Shown here: positions 39,010-63,999 of the stretch, one piece after another | How the letters are laid out: every line of letters begins with the position of its first letter | How positions within the stretch are numbered: the stretch's first letter is position 1 | From: the human T2T-CHM13v2.0 reference genome, Homo sapiens | DNA: 64,000 nt | Reading direction: 5' to 3' (one strand) | Assembly (NCBI RefSeq): GCF_009914755.1 | Contig: NC_060936.1 | Made by a program: the position numbers and the translations under genes | Notes under the pieces: generated by a model | Database searches by the model: none | What the model saw: the letters and a program-made list of their open reading frames with translations, nothing else | Told to the model about the DNA's origin: nothing

Positions 39010-39580
39010 GTCACTGGCTTGGTAATGTGTTAGCTTGGCTAGTTGAATTGCATTTCCCAGAATTCCTTTTTCTATGTTTTTCTGGTTGGGTGGGCCATAA
39101 AGGGCAATTTTCTGTGGCATGAGATTTGGTGTGTGGAAGTAGAGCAGCAGCCATACTCTTACTGATGCCTGGAAGGCCGGGGCAGAGTCACCAGCCACTT
39201 CTGCATCTCCTGAACATTGTCCTTTACCTGCCTGCGGTGGGTCCACCTGCCCCTGGATCCTTGTTTGGCTGCTGTGACCCCTGAGCCAGCTCCCTGCCTA
39301 AGGGCACCAGTGTTTCCTGCAGGACACCCATGCCATCAAAGTTGGGGACAATGAGGACTGACCTAGGTTTCAGTCTGTGCTTGTAGATTTCAGCTCTTGC
39401 TCATGGGTTCCAGATCGTTCTTGCTCTTCCCTACTTTACATCCATCTTCTGTTCTCAGCTGCCTGCCCTGCAGACTTCAGGCTCCAGCATCAGACACAGA
39501 GACCCAGCGTTATGGAGACTGTCTAACCAGATCTCACAATTGTGGAAGATCCCAACTCCTACAGAAATCTCTTAAAAACC
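39010..39580 (+). mobile_element. ERVL MLT2-type LTR
   Basis: Motifs CTTGGCTAG...CATTTCCCAGAATTCC...GAGATTTGG...GGAAGTAGAGCAGCAGCCAT and CTGCCTGCCCTGCAGACTTCAG resemble MLT2E/F (recall). Confidence 0.5.
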
Positions 39581-39605
39581 ACGTGTGGCTGGGCACAGTG
39601 GCTCA

Positions 39606-39974
<369 letters not shown>

Positions 39975-40025
39975 TTAGGAAATCGAGACCATCATGGCTA
40001 ACATGGTGAAACCCCGTCTCTACTA

Positions 40026-40238
<213 letters not shown>

Positions 40239-40798
40239 TCAGCCAAAGATGCTACTGGAGATGATGCCCAACACAAAGAGAGGGCAGAAATACCCCAGCT
40301 TCCCCTCCTGCCTTCCAGCCTCCCACCAGTGCCTTCCATTGACTGAGCCCAGCAGGAAGGCTGGAAAGCTCAGTCTGCGTGTTCATCACCTTGGGAAACG
40401 GAGCAGAGCAGGCGGAAGGGTAAGGAGGGGATCGGATGTCATTCAGGCAAATGACAAGTACACTAAATATTCACCCACTCGATACATATTTATTGAGTGC
40501 CGGGAGCCACGCTAAGTGCTGAGGCTACTGCCTTGCTCAAAGCAGACAAAGTCCCGTGGTTGGAGATTGGAATTGTTTTAGGATGCCAGTGAGAAGCCTA
40601 AACCGCAGGAAGACACACGGTCTCAACCACATGCTATAGCAATTACTTATATATAACATTTCCCTAACCAGACAACATGCTGGCATTGGCAGATGTTAAA
40701 TGAACCAAACTGAAATACAATACACTTCTCAATTTAACCCCTCTCCAGAAAGAAGCACATGAATTTGGCAGCTCCTTTAAAGATGCTAATAAGTTTGA

Positions 40799-41118
<320 letters not shown>

Positions 41119-41161
41119 TGAACTCCTGACCTCAGGTGATCTGCCCGCTTCAGCCTTCTAA

Positions 41162-41515
<354 letters not shown>

Positions 41516-41518
41516 TGA

Positions 41519-41805
<287 letters not shown>

Positions 41806-42050
41806 TAGTTTTTTTTGTTGTTGTTGTTTTTAAGACACAGGCTCTTGCTATGTTGTCCAGGCTGGCCTCAAACTCCTGGGCTGAAGCTGTCCTCCTGCCT
41901 CAGCCTCCAGAGTGGCTGAGATGACAAAGATGCATGCACCAGGGCACACTTATCATGTAAATTATTTGGGGTGGATCATGCCAGTTCCTAAATCAAATAA
42001 TTAACTGGTTTTCCTTAATCTAGAGACAGTAACAAATAATGTGGATCTCA

Positions 42051-42482
<432 letters not shown>

Positions 42483-42826
42483 TCAAGTGATTTGCCTGCC
42501 TTGGCCTCCCAAAGTGCTGGGATTACAGGCAAGAGCCATGGCGCCCAGCCATATCTCACCTCCTAAAATAAAACAAAATCAACCAGGCAGGATGGCACAC
42601 ACTTGTAGTTCAGCTCCTCAGGAGGCTGCATTGAAAGGATTGCTTGAGCTCGGGAGATCAAGGCTGCTCTGAGCTGTGATTATGCCGTGGCACTCTAGAC
42701 AGGGCAACAGAAAAAAAAAAAAAAAGAATGTCACAGCAGCGAAATGAATGAATTATAGTCACATGTAACAATGGCTGAATCTAATATGGAGCTATAATAC
42801 CAACTACAGGAAGACAGATAGACATG

Positions 42827-42861
<35 letters not shown>

Positions 42862-42862
42862 A
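42827..42862. repeat. (TA)n(TG)n compound microsatellite
   Basis: TATATATATATG(TG)n read directly. Confidence 0.9.
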
Positions 42863-43057
42863 TAATTTATATTAATAATTATGTTCAGCCAGGTGCTGTG
42901 GCTCACGCCTATAATCTCAGCACTTTGGAAGGCTGAGGCGGGCAGATCATCTGAGGTCAGGAGTTCGAGACCAGCCTGGTCAACATGGTGAAACCCTGTC
43001 TCTACTAAAAATACAAAAATTGGCGTGGTGGCATGCGCTTGTAATTCCAGCTACTCA

Positions 43058-43276
<219 letters not shown>

Positions 43277-44169
43277 CTAAATTACCAGAAAAGCAAGGCT
43301 GTGGTTACGTCTGGGGGAAAGAAGGAGGCCAAGGCTGAGAGTCTGCATGTTCCAGGATTCTGGGCTCTGGCAGTGATTAATTTCATGACCTGGGTGGTAG
43401 GTACCTAGGTGTTCAGCTTACTATTACTTGACAAACTGTACATAATGGTTTTTGTGCTTTCCTCTATGCTTATTTCGTGAGAAAATATAAATGTAAAAAA
43501 AAGCTGACAAAAGCAAGTCTCAGCACATTGTTGTTTTAAATGTAATAGATTAGTATACAATTTATTTACAAGATGAACAGTACACAACATAATGAGATAT
43601 AAAAGAACATAAATTGAACTAGAATGATATACCCCAAGTTCACAATAGTGGTTGCTTCTGGAGAGTGAGAAAGTGGGGATTAATGTATAATTATATGCCA
43701 GGTGCAGTAGCTCACACCTGTAATCCCAGCACTTTGGGAGGCCAAGACAGGAGGATCGCTTTGAGACCAGCCTGGTCAACATACTGAGACTGCCATCTCT
43801 ACAGAAAATGTAAAAAATTAGCTGGGTGTGGTGGCATGCACTTGTAGTCCCAGCTACTCGAGAAGTTGAGGTAAAAGGATCACTTGAGCCTGGGAGGTCA
43901 AGGATACAGTGAACTGAGATCACATCACCGTGCTCTAGCCTGGGCGACAGAGACAGACCTTGTCTCAAATAAATAAATAAATTAAATATTTTTTAAAAGG
44001 CCAGGCCTGGTGGCTCACGCCTGTAATTCCCAGCACTTTGGGAGACCGAGGTGGGCAGATCACGAGGTCAATAGATCGAGACCATCCTGGCCAAAATGGT
44101 GAAACCCCATCTCTACTAAAGATACAAAAATTAGCTGGGCATGGTGGCTTACACCTGTAGTCCCAGCTA

Positions 44170-44639
<470 letters not shown>

Positions 44640-45340
44640 CTAGTGGTTTTTAAGGTATTCACAGGGTTGTGCGACCACTACCGCTATCTACTTTTGGAAT
44701 ATTTTCATCACTTCGAAAGGAACCTGATACCCATTAGTTGTCACTCTTCCTTTCCCCACTCCCCCAGCCCCTGGCAAGCACTTCTCTGCTTTCTGTCTCT
44801 CTGAATTTGCCTGTTCTGGACATTTCCTATAAGTGGAATCATACCCTATGTAGTCTTTTGTGATGCACGACCTTCACTTCCCACGATGTCTTCAAGGTTT
44901 TTCCATGTGACAACCTGTGTCAATACATCATTCTGTTGGATGGCTGAATCATATTCCATTGTGCGGTAGATCACATTTTGTTTATTCATTCATCAGTGGA
45001 TGGACACTTGCATTGTTTCCACTTTTTGGCTTTTAGGAATAATGCTAGTATCAACATTTGTGTACAAGTTTTTGTGTGGACATAATGTTTCATTTCGTTT
45101 GGTGCTACACCCAGAAGTGGAATCGCTCTGTCGTATGGTAACGGTGTTTCATATTTTGAGGAACTGCCAAACTGTCTTCCGAAGTGGCTGCACCATTTCA
45201 CATTCCCATCGGTAATACGTGAGGGTCTTAATTTCTCCACATCTTTAACATTTATGATTGTCTTTTTAACTTTAGCTATTCTAGTGAGTGAGATCACTCT
45301 GATCCGATTTGCATTTCCCTAATAATTAATGATGTTGAAC
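44640..45340 (-). mobile_element. L1 (L1MB-like) 3' end including decayed ORF2 C-terminus
   Basis: ORF 44986-45297 gives PYDRAIPLLGVAPNEMK...KTCTQMLILALFLKAKKWKQCKCPSTDE, homologous to the L1 ORF2p C-terminus, followed by L1 3' UTR motifs. Confidence 0.85.
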
Positions 45341-45501
45341 TCAGGATGTCTTTGTTAAATGCAGAAATAACCATGTAAATTTCCAGATTAAATCGCCACA
45401 TCAAAATTTTTATATGATTAATTTGAACAATTAATACTTTAGTTATTTTCTGATTACAAAAGCAGTATATACTCAAATGATTATTCCCAAAGTCAGGGTA
45501 A

Positions 45502-45735
<234 letters not shown>

Positions 45736-45924
45736 TCAGCTACTTGGGAGGCTGAGCAGGAGAATCCTTTGAACCCTGGAGGCAGAGGTTGCAGAGAGCC
45801 GAGATCAGGCCACTGTACTCCAGCCTGGGGAACAAGGGCAAAACTCCATCTAAAAAAAAAAAGAAAAGAATGATGGCAATGTCTTCTTCTTGACCTGGGT
45901 CAGTTACACAGATTGACTTTGTAA

Positions 45925-46152
<228 letters not shown>

Positions 46153-46497
46153 TAGCCAGAATGGTCTCGATCTCCTGACCTTGTAATCCACCCGCCTCGG
46201 CCTCCCAAAGTGCTGAGATTACAGGCGTGAACCACCATGCCCGGCCTACATCCGTACATTTTATGCACAAAAGATTATTACTGTTTCACATTATTACTGT
46301 GGAAAATTTGGAAAGCAAATGTTTTGCCTTATCAAAGATGAATAAGGATGAATGTTTACACCATCTAATCATATCAGTGAGTTTTTCTTTGAGTGGTAGG
46401 TTTTCAGATTGTGAGAAAAATGGAAAAATAATATTTGTTAATAAATCTTCAACAAACGTTTCGCCTTTTGTTAGATGAAAGAAATTTCAAGATGTTG

Positions 46498-46511
46498 CCA
46501 GCAGGTGGCAG
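46498..46511 (+). promoter_or_regulatory. Candidate CTCF motif (forward orientation)
   Basis: CCAGCAGGTGGCAG matches the CTCF core consensus, within otherwise AT-rich non-Alu sequence. Confidence 0.55.
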
Positions 46512-46694
46512 AATAAAATAAGATTTAATCTTGTAGCCCAAAAAGCAAATCAAAACAAAAACGTAAGCAGCAGCCAGCCCTTTACCTGGTCATTGGAAAA
46601 CATTTCTTATAAATTTCCCAGCCATATCTGCCATAATAGAAAATAACCTGGTAAACAGGGCCTCATTGGAAAACTTTCATTTTATTTTTTTTGA

Positions 46695-46880
<186 letters not shown>

Positions 46881-47463
46881 TAAAACTTTAAATTTGGACA
46901 CCAAGCCAAAAAAATCATTCTCATCATCCCTTTCATTAAGATACATTTATTTGGGGCAGGAGGGAGGATGCAAAAACTGGGAAGAGGGTGGTGGCAGTGA
47001 TGGGAGATGGGTTATGTATCAGGTGTGATGATTGGATAAATAAATACAATAAGGAGGCCAGGCACAGTGGCTCATGCCTGTAATCCCAGCACTTTAAGAG
47101 GCTGAGGCCGGTGGATCACCTGAGGTCAGGAGTTGGAAACCAGCCTGGCCAACATGGTGAAACCCTGTCACTATCAAAAAAGGAAAAAATTAGCTGGGTG
47201 TGGTGGTGGGCACCTGTAATCCCAGCTATTTAGGAGGCTGAGGCATGAGAATCTCTTGACCTGGGAGGCGGAGGTTGCAGTGAGCCAAGATCATGGAATG
47301 CCATTACATTCCATCCTGTCTATCCTGGGCAACAGAGCAAGACTCCATCTCAAAAAAAAAAAAAAAAAGGCCAGGCGCGGTGGCTCATGCCTGTAAATCC
47401 CAGCACTTTGGAAGGCCGAGGCGGATGTATCACAAGGTCAGGAGATCGAGACTATCCTGGCTA

Positions 47464-47859
<396 letters not shown>

Positions 47860-47865
47860 CTACTA

Positions 47866-48086
<221 letters not shown>

Positions 48087-48154
48087 TCATGCCCGTAATC
48101 CCAGCACTTTGGGAAAGGCTGAGGCTGGAGGATTGCTTGAGCCCAGTAGTTTGA

Positions 48155-48503
<349 letters not shown>

Positions 48504-48749
48504 TGATCCGCCTATATCGGCCTCCCACAGTGCTGGGATTATAGGCGTGAGCCATCGTGCCCGGCCAGAATAGGCAAATCTCTATAGAGAAAGTAGATTA
48601 GTGGCTTCCAGGAGCTGATGGTAAAGGAGTGACTGTTAATGGGTATGAGGTTTTTTGGGGGAGCATGATGAAAATGTCCTGGAGTTAGGTCATGGTAGTG
48701 GTTGTATAACCTATGAATTTACTAAAAACCACTGAATTATTGCTTTTAA

Positions 48750-48995
<246 letters not shown>

Positions 48996-49099
48996 TAATA
49001 GAGATGGGGTTTCACCATGTTGGCCAGGCTGGTCTCAAACTCCTGACCTCAAGTGATCTATCCTCTCAGCCTCCCAAAGTGCTGGGATTACAGGCATGA

Positions 49100-49339
<240 letters not shown>

Positions 49340-49464
49340 TAGCCAGGATGGTCTGGATCTCCTGACCTCGGGGTCCGCCCGCCTCGGCCTCCCAAAGTGC
49401 TGGGATTACAGGCGTGAGCCACCTCGCCCTGCCCAAAACATTTATTTTTTAAAAAACACAAATA

Positions 49465-49596
49465 CGGGAAGCTGAGGCAGGAGAATGGCGTGAACCCGGG
49501 AGGCGGAGCTTGCAGTGAGCCAAGATAGCGCCACTGCAGCAGTCCGGCCTGGGCAAAAGAGAGAGACTCCGTCTCAAAAAATAAAAAAATAAAAAA
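49465..49596 (+). mobile_element. 5'-truncated young AluY-type insertion with 17-bp TSD
   Basis: Right-arm-only Alu with Y diagnostics (GAATGGCGTGAACCCGGG, GGAGCTTGCAG, CAGTCCGGCC). Perfect TSD TTTAAAAAACACAAATA at 49448-49464 and 49597-49613. Confidence 0.8.
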
Positions 49597-49664
49597 TTTA
49601 AAAAACACAAATATCGTCTGGGCGTGGTGGCTCATGCCTTCAATCCCAGCACTTTGGAAGTTCA

Positions 49665-49976
<312 letters not shown>

Positions 49977-50053
49977 CTACATTATTACATTTCATCCTTG
50001 CAACAATCCTACAAGGAGGACTTAAAATCCTTCTTATAGGGGCAGGTAAATAA

Positions 50054-50278
<225 letters not shown>

Positions 50279-51375
50279 TGACCATGTTGACCGGGCTAGT
50301 CTCAAACTCCTGACCTCAGGTAATCCACCTGCCTCAGCCTCCCAAAGTGCTGGGATTACAGGCATAAGCCACTGCGTCTGGCATAACTTTTTGTTTCTTT
50401 GTTTGCTTGTTTTGAGACAGGGTCTCACTCTGTTACCCAGACTGGAGTGCAGTGGCACTATCTTGGCTCACTGCAACATCTACCTCTCAGTTTCATATGA
50501 TTCTTCTGCCTCAGCCTCCCAAGTAGCTGGGTCTACAAGTGTATACCACCATGCCCAGGTAGTTTTTGTATTTTTTGTAGTGACAGGGTTTTGCCGTGTT
50601 GCCCAGGCTGCTCTCAAACCCCTGGGCTCAAGCGATCCTCCCACCTGGCCTCCCAAAGTGCTGGGATAACCTGATCATGTAACTTTAATCAATAGGTACA
50701 CATTATTTTTGGTCCTACTTTTCTTTGCTAAACATGACTTAATATAGCTGTTTACAGGTATCCATTTAATTCCCATAATTATCATTTTAATAGCTGCATG
50801 GCATGACGTGAAATAGACTATAGTTCACCCAGCTGTTGCCCTATTGTGGGTATTGAGGATGTATCCATTGTGTGGCTGATCTGAAAAGTGCTGCTATAAA
50901 CATATTTGCACAAATTGTTTGTTATAATCTTTGGGACTATTTTGAGCAAGGGCATTTGTTGGAAGTAGAAGAAGGAAAAGTCTGAGGAATTTTAACTTCT
51001 CCTTGGACAGGTGCCCTTGCTTTTAGAATTGGCTCTTAGTATTTTGCAATGCTTAAGTAGCACAGCTGCTATTAATAGTAGCTACATGATCTTGGGTAAA
51101 TTCCTTCACCTCTCTGCACCTTAGACTCTAGCACTGGCTGGTAACTTGTAGAATTACAGGATCCTGGGCCTCTCCTAGAACCTACTGAATCAGAATCTGC
51201 ATTTTAGCAAGATCCCCAGGTGGTGATTCATGGGCACATTAAAAGTCAGAGAGGCTGGGCATGGTGGCTCACACCTGTAATCCCAGCACTTTGAGAGGAT
51301 CACTTGAGCCCAGGAGTTTGAGACTAGCCTGGGCAACATAGCAAGACCCCGTCTCTACGAGAAATAAAAGAATCA

Positions 51376-51513
<138 letters not shown>

Positions 51514-52091
51514 TCAAAAGAAAAAAGAAAGAAAGAAAAAAACAGTTGGAGAAATCATGACTTAGAGTACTTACCTGTAAAATAGGTATAATAAAGGTCT
51601 TATGTCATAAGACTGTTATGTAGATAATGCATGTACACACACACACACACACACGCACACACACACAGTGTAGAGAAGAGTGCCAGGCACATAGTGAGTG
51701 TGTGTTTGCTACTTTTGTGACTCTCCCCAGCTGGTTGAGCAAATCCGCAGGCTGGCGGTCCCTAAGTAGAATGTCTCAAAGAGAACAAAAGGTGAGGGTG
51801 GAGGTGAGGGTGAGGGAGGATAGTCTCCCACCATACTTTCTCACCCACCATAATCACAGTCCCCAGAGAGCCAGGTCCAGCCTCCGGTTGCTGATGAGTG
51901 CGTCTGAAAGCACTCTGGGGGCGGGGCGTGGTGGCTCACGCCTATAATCCCAGCACTTTGGCAAACCAAGGCAGGCGGATCACCTGAGGTCAGGAGTTCG
52001 AGACCAGCCTGGCCAATGTGGCGAAACCCCATCTCTACTAAAAATACAAAAATTAGCCAGGCGAGGTGGCACACACCTGTAATTCCAGCTA

Positions 52092-52199
<108 letters not shown>

Positions 52200-53224
52200 T
52201 TAAAAAAAAAAAATGGAAGTGCTTTGGGCAAGAGCAAGAACCGGGACAGGGCAGCAGCCAAGTCAACCCTGATACTTGGCACATGAGCGGCTGCTCAGAT
52301 CGGGGTGGCTGGCAGGTGCCATCTACAGAAGGGCTCATAAATAATGCACATGGAGTCCTGACCCCACAGAGAGAAGAGTCCCTCCGATTCGCAACCTGAC
52401 CGCCTGGCTGACCTGCCCATGGCACCTGCCTGGATCTCCCTGGGAGGCAGGGCCAGCCTCCCCTGCCCAGAGGCAACTTGAGGCTGAAGGACCTGTTTGG
52501 ATTGCAAGCTGCAAGCAGAGGTGAAGGGGTATCTGCTTCCCAAATCCTCTGCTTGGTAACATTATATTCTTCCTCCAAGGTCCTGTGTTTTTGTAGCCCC
52601 AATGAAATGAACTGTTTTCTGTTTTTTCACCATTCAAGTGATTTAACTGCTTTTAGAATCTTCACAACAACATTGGTTTATTCTCTTCATGACACATTGT
52701 ACTGGGAGTCTTAAATGTCTCCAGTGACCAGCAGGTAACATAAACCGATGATGGAGTTTATGTTATGGAGGCCTGGGCAAGACAACTGGGAATGGTGGGG
52801 ACTGCGGCAACAGGCAGGGCCCATGTAATGGTGCTAGCTGTTCCTATGTTCCAGCCAATCGCCATGCAGGAATGTGAACCCAGTGTGTCCAGATCTTCCC
52901 TTCTTTTTTTTTTTTTTTTTCTTTTTTTTGAGATGGAGTCTTGCTCTGTTGCCCGGGCTGGAGTGCAGTGGTGCGATCTCAGCTCACTGCAAGCTCCACC
53001 TCCCGAGTTACACCATTCAATTGCATCAGCCTCCTGAGTAGCTGGGATTACAGGCGCCCGCCACCACGCCCGGCTAATTTTTTTGTATTTTTAGTAGAGA
53101 CGGGGTTTCTCCATGTTGGCCAGGATGGTCTCGATCTCCTGACCTTGTGATCCACCCGCCTCAGCCTCCCAAAGTGCTGGGATTACAGGCGTGAGCCACA
53201 GCTCCTGGCCTTATTTTTTTTTAA

Positions 53225-55260
<2,036 letters not shown>

Positions 55261-55458
55261 TTTTTGGTGTGTTATTTCATGATTGTATTTGTCTGTTTAA
55301 ACTCATACAATTGTGTTCCCAAAAGAATAAATTTGGAAGAGGCAACACCTTCACTCCACACCAGAGAATATCTCTTTCTGGTTTGCAAAAATTGAAAAAA
55401 AAAAAAAAAAAAAAAGAAAGAGTTTTACTACTTGTTAGTTATACCTTACTAAAGCTGA

Positions 55459-55743
<285 letters not shown>

Positions 55744-56015
55744 TGACCTGCCCGCCTCAGCCTCCCAAAGTGTTGGGATTACAGGCGTAAGCCACCGCAC
55801 CTGGCCAATGCCTGGAATTTACTTCAAAATAATATAAGGGTCAGGAAAAATGGGTGGGAACGTAGATGAAACAAAGTTGGTCATGATGTGTTGAAACTCA
55901 CTATTAGATATTATTTTCTCTACTTATAAATTTCTCCAAACTTTTCTTTGTAAAAGAAAAATAAATAAATAAGTAAATATTTCAGGTTGATTTTTTTTTT
56001 TTTTTTTTTTTTTGA

Positions 56016-56174
<159 letters not shown>

Positions 56175-56345
56175 TAGTAGAGACAGGATTTCTTCATGTT
56201 GGTCGGGCTGGTCTCAAACTCCCAACCTCAGGTGATCCGTCCGCCTTGGCCTCCCAAAGTGCTGGGATTACAGGCATGAGCCATTCTGCCCGGCCATTCA
56301 GCTTGGATTTTTAAACCCACAGGAATGTAAGCTCCATAAGGGTAG

Positions 56346-56899
<554 letters not shown>

Positions 56900-57014
56900 T
56901 AGCCAGGATGTTCTGGATCTCCTTACTTTGTGATCCACCCGCCTCAGCCTCCCAAAGTGCTGGGATTACAGGCGTGAGCCACCGTGCCCGGCCCAACATT
57001 GTTTTAATCAATAA

Positions 57015-57384
<370 letters not shown>

Positions 57385-57498
57385 TGAGACGGAGTCTCTG
57401 TCATCCAGGCTGGAGTGCAGTGGCACGATCTCAGCTCACTGCAACCTCTGTCTCCTGAATTCAAGCGATTCTCCTGCCTCAGCCTCCAGAGTAGCTAG

Positions 57499-57717
<219 letters not shown>

Positions 57718-58362
57718 TTAGACCCTGGAAACTACTGATCTGAAGACAGAAACCAACCTTTATGCACCTGAATGTTCCCACCCCCGGGGGCCGATACTTG
57801 CAATGCCACAGACAATTTTTGAACTTGACTGCCCCACAGTCCACCAGCGAGCTTGGGAACCTCTGATTTGTTAATTAATTGATAGGGCTCTGGTTTAGGA
57901 GTCAGAGATGATAACTTTAATTCAAAGTGAGCCATTAATTAGCTGGGAATCGTGGGCAGGTCACACCCCTCTTCAGTCCTCAATTAAGACCTGCAAATAT
58001 TTCTCTGTGTGCTTATGTGCATATTTCCCATTACAAATCCTCAGAGGGGCTTTTGAACCCCAAAAGTTGGGGACCTCTGCACTAGATGGTCTTTAAAGTT
58101 CATTCCTTTAACAAATATTTATTGAGGGCCTACTATGTGCCAAGCCTTGGGGCTGAACAAAGCCTGAGACACAGACAAGTTCCCTGAGATCTTGTGGAGG
58201 TTACATTCCTATGGAGGGAAACAACCAACCACCATGGGAACAAACAATTACAGATGATGGTAAGTCACAGGAAGGAAATGAAACAGGTGATAGGGAAGTG
58301 ATGGGGTGATGGGGGGAGGCCGGCCCTCCAGGTGTTCAGGAAGGGTCTTTTTTCAGAGGTGG

Positions 58363-60901
<2,539 letters not shown>

Positions 60902-61549
60902 GGGGGCCGGGCACGGTGGCTCATGCCTGTAATCCTAGCACTTTGGGAGGCCAAGTCGGGCGGATTACTTAAGGTCAGGAGTTCGAGAGCAGCCTGGCCA
61001 ACACTGCAAAACCCCGCCTCTACTAAAAATACAAAAATTAGCTGGATGTGGTGTAACCTGGCTACTCCAGAGGCTGAGGTATGAGACGCACTTGATTCCG
61101 GGAGGCGGAAGTTGCAGTGAGCTGAGATCACACCACTGCACTCCAGCCTAGGCGACAGAAAAAAAAAAAAACACCCATAAAAATAGAAGAAAAAAGAAAG
61201 ATAAAAAAGTAAAGTAACACAGGTGTCATTTGAAACTGAGGCCTGAATGATGAAAAAAAGGCACATCGTATGAAGATTTAGAGGGAAGAAAGTTCCATGC
61301 AAGGTCAGGAAGAGAAAAAGCAATGGCTGGAGGGTACGAGTCCAGGGCGGTGAGATAGAAGGGACTGGAAAGCTAGGCAGGGGCAGTTCTTGCAGGACTT
61401 GGCAGAGGAGGGGACAGAACTGGATTTAATCAGCTTGGAGGCGGTTGTCCCTTGAGCGACAGAAACAGCTGTTAAGAACGTCACCCAGAGCGTTAGAGGG
61501 CAGGAATCTAGGATGTATTAGCTGCAGCACATAATAATGACAACGTGAA

Positions 61550-62460
61550 ATGACCGTGCCCTCTCTGCGCTGCGCCGCCCGGCCCCCGACCTTTTTGGAT
61601 GGTCGATGTCAGCGCCAGCCTTCCGGGGCGCTGGCCTGGGCTCAAGTCAGGCAATGACCAGGGGCCGGTGAGCTTTCATTTCACCTCCCCCAAATCTCCT
61701 TTCCTCAAACTCTAGACACCCCCAAAACACACAATCTAAGTCAAATAATCTCTGCAAATGCAACCTGCAGACAAGTCCCCCAACTCTTCCTGGAAGAGAC
61801 AGATTCTGGAGGCGCAGAGGCACTGCCAAGGGGGCCGCAACAGACCCCGCAAGACCTTGCAAGCCTGCCATGTCCCGGTCCGGAACGCCGCACGCGGGGC
61901 GGGGCGGGGCGGGGCACATGCGCACGCGCGGCCCCGCCTCCCAGGCGTGGGGCGGGGCGGGCGCCGGGGCGGGGCCGTGACGTCAGTTGCGCGCGTGGCT
62001 CTGGCTGCGCAGGAACAGCTGGTGCCTCCGAGGGCGGTCGGCGAGCGCGCGGGCGTGGGGCGCTGGGGGGCCGGTCGGGCAGCGCTGCGGGAGCAGCCGC
62101 CGGCACCGCCGCCTTGCACCATCGCATCATGTCCGGGCAGCTGGAGCGTTGCGAGCGCGAATGGCACGAGCTGGAGGGAGAATTTCAAGAACTGCAGGTA
62201 GGGCCAGGCCACCTGGTCCCGCAACTCTGCTGCCCGCGGTGCAGCGCCTTGCCCTTCCTGAGCCCCCCGGCCCGGGCGGTGGGGACAGTCAGGGCCTAGG
62301 GAGTGCCCCGGAGAGGCCCTGGGGGCGGACGGGAGGCATGGACCAGCCCCCTCCCATCACCCGGCGCTTCAGCTCTTCGTCCACGTGGGGCGCCGGGTCG
62401 CAGCCCCCTCTTCCGCCGCCCTCCCACTGGCTCTCTGCTCCACGCACCCCCTTCGCTGCA
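61550..62460 (+). promoter_or_regulatory. TMEM120B: CpG-island promoter of TMEM120B
   Basis: High GC and CpG content. Tandem GGGGCGGGGC Sp/KLF boxes at about 61895-61975, NRF1 motif TGCGCACGCGCG at 61919-61930, full CRE TGACGTCA at 61978-61985. Confidence 0.9.
62129..62197 (+). CDS. TMEM120B: TMEM120B coding exon 1 (aa 1-23); gene continues beyond the window
   Basis: ATG at 62129, MSGQLERCEREWHELEGEFQELQ (recognised TMEM120B N-terminus), and phase-0 donor CAG|GTAGGG at 62197/62198, inside a CpG island. Confidence 0.93.
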
Positions 62461-63762
62461 GAAAGTTGGTCTGTGGCCTCTGAGGCAAGTTCCAGGCGTG
62501 TTCATCTGTGGGGGTGGTTCAAAGAGAACAGCCCAGCCCCCACCTCTGCAGGGTCTCCCCAGATCTCACCCCGCCCCCTCCCATCTGCTTTTGGTAGCTC
62601 AGCTCCCACCCCGTGCTCTGGCGGGGCAGCACTATCCTGCAGCTCTGTTTTGGGAGGTGTACTTAAGAGCTGTTCACCTTGAACCTCTAGGTTGTGCTTG
62701 GGGATTAGGGACCCCTATTTCCTGTCTTTGGGGGCTCTGACGCTGCTGCAGGCTGATTTTGGCGTGGAGAGCATCTGTCAGTTCGGACAGCTGAGTAGCC
62801 TCACCCAGTGATAGGGGAAACTCCCAGCTCTATCCTTCTGGCCCGGAGCCTTACACGGGGTGGAGTGAGGGCGGGTGTAAGGCGGGGGTCCCCTGAGAGA
62901 ATGGCATTGCTGCTGGGTGTGGGGAGCGGTCCTGGCAGCAGTTGTTCCTGCTAAGAGGTTCAGAGAGGCCCCAGCTACCTACCGTGTTGACTAGAGACGC
63001 CTCAGGAAACCTTGGGGTTGACCAAGAGGGACTCGGTGACTATTTTTGAAGACAGGGCTGTTCCCTCTCCAGTCACGGGATTGTTTTTCGGGGGGTTGGC
63101 TTTGCCTGAAATTACATTGCACACTATCACCCCAGTCCTCTCATTTGGAGCAGTGACATTGTCCCTGTCCATGTACCTCTTGTCTGCAGTTCAGTTGGCC
63201 TCCTACAGTGTGCAGAGGGGAGAGGAGGTTGCCAAGGGTGTCTCTGATGGGTCTTTCTAGACACGTGGTTGTAGATTCTGATCAATAGACAGAGGGTTGC
63301 TGGAGAGCCGGGGCAGGAATGGGGGTGCCCTTTCAGGCATGAATAGAGGGGAAGGGACCTAGACACATCTCGACCTGTCCAGCATGTGTAGGTTGATGCC
63401 TTCTCTTCTAGGGCCTGGGTCCCATCCGGTTCTCAGGGGACTGTTTTGGCTCCACTCCCACGGAGAAGACTCAGCCACTTCTTGTTTTGTTTTGTTTTGT
63501 TTTGTTTTTGTGACAGAGTCTCACTGTCGCCCAGGCTGGAGTGCAGTGGCGTGATCTCGGCTTACTACAGCCTCCGCCTCCCGGGTTCGAGCCATTCTCT
63601 GCCTCAGCCTCCTGAGTAGCTGGAATTACGGGTGTGCGCCACCGTGCCCGGCTAATTTTTTTGTGTTTTAGTAGAGATAGGGTTTCACTATGTTGGCCAG
63701 GCTTCTGACCTCAGGTGATTCACCCACCTCGGCCTCCCAAAGTGCTGAGATTACAGGCATGA

Positions 63763-63999
<237 letters not shown>

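Noticed and set aside
61647-62740. Several long overlapping ORFs (up to 231 aa) on both strands
   Set aside because: Expected stop-codon scarcity in a CpG island, with Arg/Pro/Ala/Gly-biased products. Only 62129-62197 has a recognisable product and a splice donor.
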